The translations under genes and the position numbers were made by a program. From Dictyostelium discoideum (taxonomy: Eukaryota), in NCBI GenBank assembly GCA_000004695.1, contig CM000152.2, positions 4,096,001 to 4,160,000 on the forward strand: a stretch of DNA of 64,000 nucleotides. The letters run 5' to 3'. Under the pieces are notes generated by a model. That model saw only the letters and a program-made list of their open reading frames with translations, had not been told where the DNA came from and searched no databases. Shown here piece by piece: positions 54,283-64,000 of this stretch; positions within the stretch are counted from its first letter, which is position 1, and every line of letters starts with the position of its first letter.

Positions 54283-54757
54283 GCAATGAATAATTGATTA
54301 AATGTTGAAAAAAAAAAAAATATAAAAATTAAAAAAAAAAAAAAAAATTTTAAAAAACAAAAAATATAATATAAAAAAAAAAAAAAAAAAATAAAATAAA
54401 AAAAAAAAAAAAGAAAAAAAAAAAAAAAAATTAAAAAAATATCTTTTAAATTTTGATAAAATGAAACAAAACTTATATAAATTATATTGTATTAATTAGT
54501 TATTAAACCCATTTATTTAAGAAGAAAAGATTAAAAAAAAAAAAAAAAAAAAAAGAAAAAAAATGGAAAAATAAAAAAAATAAATAAAAAAATATAGATA
54601 TCTATATTATGGAGAAGAGAAAAAGGGAGTGTTTAAATAAAAAAGAGTTGGGATATTTTTTTTCACGGTTACATTTCAGAAAACATGTTTTTTTGGTAAA
54701 AGGTAATATTTTTCACAAAACCACCTAAAAAATCTTTTTAAAATATCTTTATTCTTT

Positions 54758-54788
<31 letters not shown>

Positions 54789-54852
54789 ATTTAAAAAACA
54801 AAACATTCTAAAAATCTTTTTTTTTCTTTTTTATTTTATTTTTTTTTTTTTT

Positions 54853-54911
<59 letters not shown>

Positions 54912-54913
54912 TT
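54853..54913. repeat. (TTTA)n tetranucleotide array of about 15 units, upstream of the GH5-like gene. A complementary (AAAT)n array lies at 7544..7585.
   Basis: Read directly from the sequence. Confidence 0.85.
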
Positions 54914-54931
54914 ATTATTAAAATTGAACAA

Positions 54932-56746
54932 ATGAAATCATTTATTTTATTATTATTTTCATTTTGTTTGGTTTTTGGGTCTCCACTTATTGACTCACCT
55001 TCAAAACAAATCATTTGGTCAGATTTGTAAATGTTTAAAATTTATTCCATAATTATTAAAAATTATTATTTTTATTAACTTTTTTTTTTTTTTTTTTTTT
55101 ATTTTTTTTTTTTTATTTAAGTTTTGGAATTAATTTTCAAAATGAATTTTTTAATGTGACAGTTGCTCAAAGTCAAATTTTAGCAATTAAAGAATTAGGA
55201 ATTGAATGGGTTCGTGCAAGTTTTCATTGGGCATATTTAGAAAGTACTGAAGGCAATTTAAGATTTGATTTATATGATCCAGTTATGAATTTAATTAAAA
55301 GTAATGGCTTGAAATCAATTGTCTATCTCGTTGGTACACCAGATTGGTGTAGTAGTTATGATCCTTCAACAGCTGGTAATGTTTCAAAAAGTGATACTTT
55401 CCCACCTTCAAACAATACAAGATTCGCTGAAACAATGATTATTTTAAGTAATCGTTATTCATTTGTTGATGTATGTATTTTATTTTTTATTTTTCAAAAA
55501 TTACAATACTCAGGGGGGTGAATAATTAAATACTAATCTTTTTTTTTTTTTTTATTTTTTATTTTTTTTTTTAAAGTTTTGGGAAGTTTGGAATGAACAA
55601 AATTTAATACCAGCATTTTTTGCACCAGTTTATTCATTTCAAAAATATAATGAAATTTTTCAAGAAACTAAAAGATTATTTTCAAATGATGGTAAAGCAT
55701 CGAAATTGGCAGTTGGTGGATTGGGATATTATGGTTTTTCAAGTACTGGTGAGAATATGATTGCAGATTTAATGACAACTAAAACTTTTGAAGGTGTAAT
55801 AGCAGGTTATCATCCATATACTGATTTACCAGAGGGTGGTAATGGTCAATTGCCCGCGAGTCCATATGCACATTATGCAACAGCAAGATACCTTAATTCT
55901 ATATTATCAAGCCAAGGAAAAGCATATCAAATTTGGTCTACCGAATATGGGTGGTCAAGTAGTGGTGAAGGTAATGTCTCAAAACCAGTTCAAGCCGAAT
56001 TCGGTATAAAACGATTACTAATTGACAGTTTAGTAAATTTTGATAAATCATTCATTTTCACAACTAGTGATCTTGATGGTAACGCATCGTCAGTGAGAGA
56101 TCAAGGATATGGGTTTGTTGATTTAATGTTAAAAAAGAAACCAATTTTCAATTCATTTTTTAATTTATTCACTATAACAGGACCAAAAGTTGATGAAATC
56201 AGTTCAGAAGAAATTAATAGTTATATTACAATATCAAGTTTGGGTGATGATTTTGTTGGTATATTTTATAAAAAATTGTCAACTAATACAACATTGTTTG
56301 TATTTTGGTCACCATCTCAAACTGTAAAATCCTTAACTTTAAATCTTTTCAATGTATCTGCAAATTTATATCAAGTCTCTGATAATACTACTCAATTTTA
56401 TTCAGCAACAATAAATTCAAATACAATTTCATTAACAATAACTGAAAATGTTCAAATTTTTGAATGGCCAATAAAGAAATCTTCATCATCAACATCATCA
56501 TCAACATCTACAACCTTTTCATCATCAACATCTTCATCATCGACAACTACAACCTCTTCATCAACAACTACAACCTCTTCATCGACAACTACAACCTCTT
56601 CATCAACAACTACAACTTCAACCACAACATCAAATTCAACACCAAACCCAGAAAATAGTAATAGTGATGATATGTCATTATCATTTAAATTATATTTAAA
56701 TATTAAATTGATAATCATATCTTTATTATCTTTATTTTTATTTTAG
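54932..56746 (+). CDS. Secreted glycoside hydrolase family 5-like protein. Plus-strand join(54932..55026, 55122..55470, 55577..56746), about 537 aa. It has a signal peptide, a catalytic domain, a Ser/Thr-rich repeat linker and a hydrophobic C-terminal tail.
   Basis: The signal peptide is MKSFILLLFSFCLVFG. The domain reads FFGINFQNE...IKELGIEWVRASFHWAYLE...FVD|FWEVWNEQN, where the acid/base NE(P/Q) motif is split by intron 2 (gat|gtatgt). IWSTEYGWSSSG carries the nucleophile TE(Y)G motif. Then follow (SSSTTTT)n repeats and the terminal segment LYLNIKLIIISLLSLFLF, a possible GPI signal. Confidence 0.7.
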
Positions 56747-57222
56747 AATAAATTTTTTTTTTTTTTTTTATTTCTTTTTTTTTACTCAAAATTTAGTGGT
56801 TTGTGATTTTATATATTGTTTTTTTTTTTTTTTTTTTTTTTTAATTGGATATTTAAGGTTGGTGATTAATATTGATATTAAAAAAAAATGGAGAAATAAA
56901 AAATTGTACAAAATAATTACATTAATTTTTTTTTATATTCTCATATCATTTTGTGTATTTGTTAGTGATCTATTTATCTATAGAATTAAAAAATTTTTAT
57001 TTATTTTTAATATTTTTTTTCAAGTAAAAATTTGAATGTTTTTTGCAGTGCTCATCAATATTATTTTTTTTTTATTTTTTTTTTATTTTTTTTTTTTTAA
57101 ATTTTTTTTTTTTTAATTTAAATTTTGAGAACATCACAAAAATTTTTTAATTTTTTTTTTTTTTTTTTTTTTTTTTCATTAATTAAATTTATCCACACAC
57201 ACATAATATATATACACCAAAA

Positions 57223-59157
<1,935 letters not shown>

Positions 59158-59821
59158 ATTATTTCTTTGGTCCATCTCCCTCAATTACCAAAGATAAAAA
59201 AAAAAAAAAAAAAATATAAATAAAAATAGAAAAACAAACAGAAAAATAAAAAATAAAAAAAAAATACTATTAAAAAAAAAAAAATAATAATAATAATAAT
59301 AAAAAAAATAAAGATAAAAAAGTGTAATATCAAAATTAAAAATATAATTAACTTGGATTTAGTATTGTTTTTTACTTTCGCTAATTTTTGTTTATATTTA
59401 TTTAATTTATTTTTTTTTTTATTTTTTTTTTTTTTTTTTTTTTCAAATTTTTTCCATTTCACTTTTTTAAATTTTTTTTTTTAATATTAATTTATTTTTT
59501 TTTATGGTCAAACTTGGTATATGACTATAAAATTGCACACTAAACCCTTTTATTTTGTTTATCCCCTTAATTTTTTTAAAAATTTCTTTTTTAATTTTAA
59601 TTTTTCATTTCTTTTTTAAGAATTAATAAAAAAAAAACAAAAAAAAAAAAAAAAAAAAAAAAAAAAACAAAAAAAAAAAAAAAAGAACAAAACAAAACAA
59701 AACATTTTGGTTTTATTTTATTATTATTATTATTTTTTTTTTTTTTCACTCAACATTATTTATTTTTATTATACTATATTATTATACTATTATTGAGTTT
59801 GATCATATATTTGAAATTATA

Positions 59822-60463
59822 ATGTTCCCATCGGATGCCCTTAAAATAATAGATTGCCCTAATGGGTTAAATTGTATGCGAATTATTTGTTGGTTTAAGC
59901 ATACTGAAAATAATATCAATAATAATAATACTTTTGATAATAATTATAATATAATCAATAATAATAATAATAATAATAATTTTAATAATAATTATAATAA
60001 TAATTATAATAATAATAATAATTATAATAATAATTTTAATAATTTTAATAATAATAATTTTAATAATAATAATAATTTTAATAATAATAATAATAATTTT
60101 ATAAACAACAATAATAATTTTAATAATAATAATAATAATTTTATAAATAACAACAACACTAATAATAGCAATAATTTCAATAACAATAGTTTTAATAATT
60201 ATAATAATAATTTTAATAATAATAATAATAATAATAATTTTAATAATAATTATAATAATTATAATAATAATTTTAATAATAGCCCTAATAATCCAAATAA
60301 CACCAACAACAATAACAATCAAAATGCATTGGGCGCAAATTTGAGAATTGGTAGAAATAGAATTAGTGTTGATAAAGATCCAAGATTAAATAAAAATGTT
60401 AGAAATGGTTATGGTTTAGGAACAAATGTAAATAATAGTAGTGGTAGTGGAAATAGCAACATC

Positions 60464-60503
<40 letters not shown>

Positions 60504-60670
60504 AACAAAATAATAGTAATCCCACAAATAAATTTAATGTAGAAATAAAAAAAGGTAGTTCATCAAATGAAGATACTACAACTGCAAATGAATATAACCC
60601 ATCCGATGAAGATCCTATAGATTTGGATCATTTACCTACATTACAAAAGGATACTTCACAACACATTCCG

Positions 60671-60703
<33 letters not shown>

Positions 60704-61231
60704 CAATCACATCATAGTGGTTCACATACACCACTTAAAAAGAGATTTTCAATTGACCAAGCTCCTACCCCTTCTCATCATCCATCAGATGCCAATCCTA
60801 ATAAATTAAAATCAACAACATCAGCACTTTATAAAAAACAAAAAGATAAAAGAGAAAGAGAAGATAAAGAAAAAGAAGAAGCACATGAATCAGAAGAACA
60901 TTCAGAAGAAGATGATCATGCTAAAACAACAACTACAACCACTACAACAACCACAACAGCAACAGCAGCAACAACAACAAAAGGAAAGAAGCAAAAGGTA
61001 GAGATTGAACAAAATCCAAATGAAGCTCAAAAATTGAAAACATCAATTTGGAATCCAACTTTAAAAAATGTATTATCAAAACCACCAAATAAAGAAATGT
61101 TGGATTTAATTACAAAGGATGATGTATTCGATCAAACTAAATGGATTTCTCTAGGTGTTGATACTTCACTCTTACCTTCAATCGTGGTTGAATCAAGAAC
61201 AAAAGTACCAAAATCTGTTAGACAAATGTAA
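59822..61231 (+). CDS. Asn-rich protein with an N-terminal CCCH-type zinc finger (C-x5-C-x4-C-x3-H, the Nab2/ZC3H14-like spacing) and a conserved-looking C-terminal region. It may continue into exons at about 61341..61465 and 61566..61662.
   Basis: The protein opens MFPSDALKIIDCPNGLNCMRIICWFKH, then has about 170 aa of N/F/Y low complexity, and ends on a non-repetitive segment ...SIWNPTLKNVLSKPPNKEMLDLITKDDVFDQTKWISLGVDTSLLPSIVVESRTKVPKSVRQM*. The stop overlaps a gtaaat donor (caa at|gtaaat). Confidence 0.5.
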
Positions 61232-61391
61232 ATATCTTAATATATTTTTTTATTTATTTATTTATTTTTTATTTTATTTTATTTCAACTAGTGATTCAAT
61301 TTCTAATATTATCATTTTTTTTTTTTTTTTTTTTTTAAAACACATTTATAGTATATTATTTTATATTTTGGAAAAGTGTTTAGGAATAATA

Positions 61392-61662
61392 AGTGATAAA
61401 ATGAAAGCGATTGAAGAATCTATTAAAATTGAAGAAAAAATTTATGCTGATTCTGTTAGCAAAAATGGTAAATAACTATTATTATTATTATTATTATTTT
61501 AATCCTTTAAACATTAATTTTAACTTTTTTTTTTTTTTTTTTTCTCTCTCTTTTGGGCATTACAGTTTATTTAAATTTGGTTTATATAGAGTTACCAAAA
61601 ATTTTAAAACTTTTAAAAGAAAAAGAAGAGGAAGAAGAACAATATCGAGATAATGAAAATTA
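61392..61662 (+). CDS. Candidate small two-exon ORF MKAIEESIKIEEKIYADSVSKNG|VYLNLVYIELPKILKLLKEKEEEEEQYRDNEN*, join(61392..61465, 61566..61662). Alternatively it is the 3' end of the CCCH gene.
   Basis: A strong donor aat g|gtaaat is at 61466. A textbook pyrimidine tract plus cattacag acceptor is at 61558..61565, in phase 1. The upstream frame also stays open back to an acceptor ttatag at about 61339..61340 that is phase-compatible with the CCCH gene's terminal donor. Confidence 0.3.
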
Positions 61663-61793
61663 AAATAAAGCGAGAGGATTGGGGGTTGTATTTATTCTCC
61701 CCCCAATTTATAAATGAAAATTAATTTCTATGTTTTTATTTTTTTTTATTTATTTTTTATATACAAGTTTTTGAGTTTATTATTATACAATTA

Positions 61794-62323
61794 TTAATTG
61801 CCAGTATTATTGTTGTTATCACTATTATTATTAATATTACTATTATTATTATTTTTATTGTTGTTGTTGTTGATATTATCATCATTGTTTGTATTATTTT
61901 GATTTCTTCCTTTTGTTTTTTTATCTGATAATTCTTTTGTGTGTGCCATTGCAGCGACATTTCCTCTGAATCTATTTCTTGTATCAAACTAATTTTTTAT
62001 TATTATTTGATTAAATAATTATTAATATTTTCATTGTTTTGTTTATAAAATTAAATGATTCAAAGAAAATAAAAATAAAAATAGAAATAAAAATAATTAT
62101 TTACCATATCTCTTCTACATTTATGAAATGCATATAATAAATCTTTGCATTCTTTATCTAAATCTTTGGATTTCATACATTCATGAAATGTTCCACCATT
62201 TGTCATACAATTACTAAATCTAATACATTCAACTAAATCTTCTTTAATTCCCTTACATGGGGAGCTATTTGTTGATTCTTTTATATGAGATTCTGGTATT
62301 TGATTGTTAACGTTTGAATTCAT
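61794..62323 (-). CDS. Cytochrome c oxidase assembly factor COA5/Pet191 (twin Cx9C CHCH-like). Minus-strand join(61794..61988, 62105..62323), about 137 aa with a poly-N tail.
   Basis: The protein reads ...SPCKGIKEDLVECIRFSNCMTNGGTFHECMKSKDLDKECKDLLYAFHKCRRDM|FDTRNRFRGNVAAM.... Human COA5 reads CAGLKEDLGACLLQSDCVVQEGKSPRQCLKEGYCNSLKYAFFECKRSVLDNRARFRGRKGY. The intron is atg|gtaaat ... aattag in phase 0. Confidence 0.7.
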
Positions 62324-63048
62324 TGCGTTTTTTCATATGAAAAATAAAATTAAAAAAAAATAAAAAAATATTAATCAAAAATAATAACATTTTGTTTTTT
62401 CAAAAAAAAAAAAAAAATAAAAAAAAAAAAAAAAAAAATTTATTTTTTAATTTTATTTTTAATTTTATTTATTTTTATATTTATTTAATAATAATATGGA
62501 TTTAGTATAGATAAATAGAGCATTAAAAAATACACAAAGTTATATAGTATATTAAAAAAATGAATGTAACCATTAATTTTTTTTTTTTTTTTTTTTAATA
62601 AATTTTTTTATTTCCAAAATTTAATTACCTGCCATTCATTTTTTGTAATTTTTTTTAGCAAAAAAATCTATTTTTATATAAATATATTTCCTCTAGTTGT
62701 TGTCCTTCTTCTCCTTCTTCTTTTTCAAAAAAACATTATTCAGGAATAAATCTAAAAAAAAAAATTATTTAAATCTTTTTTGATCAAAAACAGAATGGTT
62801 TCATTAATTTTTTTATATCATTTGTATTTTTGGTGCTCTATTTTTATATAGTAAATTAAATTATTGACACTTTAAAAAAAAAAAAAAAAAAAAAAAAATT
62901 AACATATTCTTTTAAATAACTTTTGATCTTTAAACCTCACATATTACACACAATTTTTTTTATTTTATTTTTCAAACTTTGAAATTTCAAATTTAAAAAA
63001 AAAAAGGTTACTATCTTAATGTGAAAATAATAAATTATAAAAATTTAC

Positions 63049-63080
<32 letters not shown>

Positions 63081-63818
63081 AATCTAAACAATTTAAAATG
63101 ATATTAAAAAATAAAATAAATATATAAAAAAATAAAAAATAATCTAAAAATTTCTGAGATTTATTTATTATTAATTTATTTCAAATCTTAATAAAAGTGA
63201 CTCCAATGGCAATAAAAATTCAAGTAAAAATATTTAAATAAAAAAAAAAAAAAAAAAAAAAATAAAAACCTATACATGTAATAAATCAAAATTTTGAAAC
63301 TAAAAAAAACCAAATTTAGGAAAATATATTGGAAGTTTTTTTATTTTATTCAAAGAATAGATAATTGGACAGGTTTTTTAACACACTCCAACCCAATAAT
63401 TTGTATTTTTTGAACTTTTACTGTATGTAAAAGTGGTACAAAATTTCACCACGTTTATTATTTTTATTTTTTTTTTTTTTATTTAATACTATTATTATTT
63501 TTTTTCTTTTTGATTAAATAATTTATTATTTTAGATTACAAACACACATCTAATTAGTAATTCTATTGAATTTTAAAGTGGTTGATTATTTCATAACCCC
63601 ATCTATATCTTTTTGATAATATAATATATAAAAGGAAAATTTATTTAAATTTTAATAATATTTTTTTTGTTTGAATTTTTTTTTTAAAAAAAATTATTAT
63701 TAACAAAAAAAAAAAAGTATAAATGAATAATATTTTTTTTTAATTATTTTATTATTAAAACACTTCATATAACTCTATCAATTTCAAAAAATAATAATAA
63801 TAATAATAACAATTAAAA

Positions 63819-63844
63819 ATGACATTAATTAGTAAGTTTATTTG

Positions 63845-63876
<32 letters not shown>

Positions 63877-64000
63877 TTTTCCTTATTTAAAAAATAAGAA
63901 TTAACAAATTAAATAAAATAAAAAAATTTATTTTAGGATGTATTCAAAGTATTGGAAACGTATCAAATGTTATGAATAAAGCAACAATAAATACTGACAA
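63819..64000 (+). CDS. Probable 5' end of a gene that runs off the right window edge. The ATG exon spans 63819..63831 (MTLI, donor a|gtaagt). The acceptor ttttag sits at 63935..63936, and exon 2 reads ...CIQSIGNVSNVMNKATINTD....
   Basis: The sequence has a Kozak-like aaaaATG, a perfect gtaagt donor, a ttttag acceptor about 100 nt downstream, and an open frame to the window end. The product is unknown. Confidence 0.3.

Overview
This window is AT-rich (~75-80% A+T) eukaryotic nuclear DNA with the hallmarks of Dictyostelium discoideum: very long poly(dA)/poly(dT) runs, short AT-rich introns with gtaagt/gtatgt/gtaaat donors and (a/t)nAG acceptors, and poly-N/poly-Q coding tracts. It is not prokaryotic, so there are no operons, CRISPR arrays or defence islands, and I see no rRNA, tRNA or transposon. 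I reconstructed about 25 protein-coding genes by reading splice junctions by eye. All coordinates could be off by a few nucleotides, and every product assignment is by remembered motifs, not a database search. The clearest calls are a 4-exon DNA-PKcs gene whose exons sum to exactly 4299 codons, a 3-exon kinesin-1 (1193 codons, kif3-like), eIF3h, COG2, an HSF-type transcription factor, proteasome alpha-4 and Rpn6/PSMD11, OXA1/YidC, COA5/Pet191, a LOG-family protein, an MFS sugar transporter, a secreted GH5-like hydrolase, a FNIP-repeat protein, an MKT1/XPG-like 8-exon gene, and a PPR-like protein that probably has an unannotated 5' exon carrying a mitochondrial presequence. The most novel-looking structure is a tandem array at 2.8-6.6 kb. 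It holds four paralogous two-exon genes for small proteins with a Q/N/P-rich N-terminus and two C-terminal transmembrane helices. All four share the same intron position, splitting the first helix from a conserved K-x-A-R-[GR]-[FL]-S-I-A-S + helix exon. Other second-look items are a 3-nt ATG-only first exon in the alpha-4 gene, a possible 3' extension of a CCCH zinc-finger gene, a GC-richer unannotated island between DNA-PKcs and alpha-4, a perfect 13-bp hairpin, a 31-nt identical segment shared by two unrelated genes, and numerous microsatellites.
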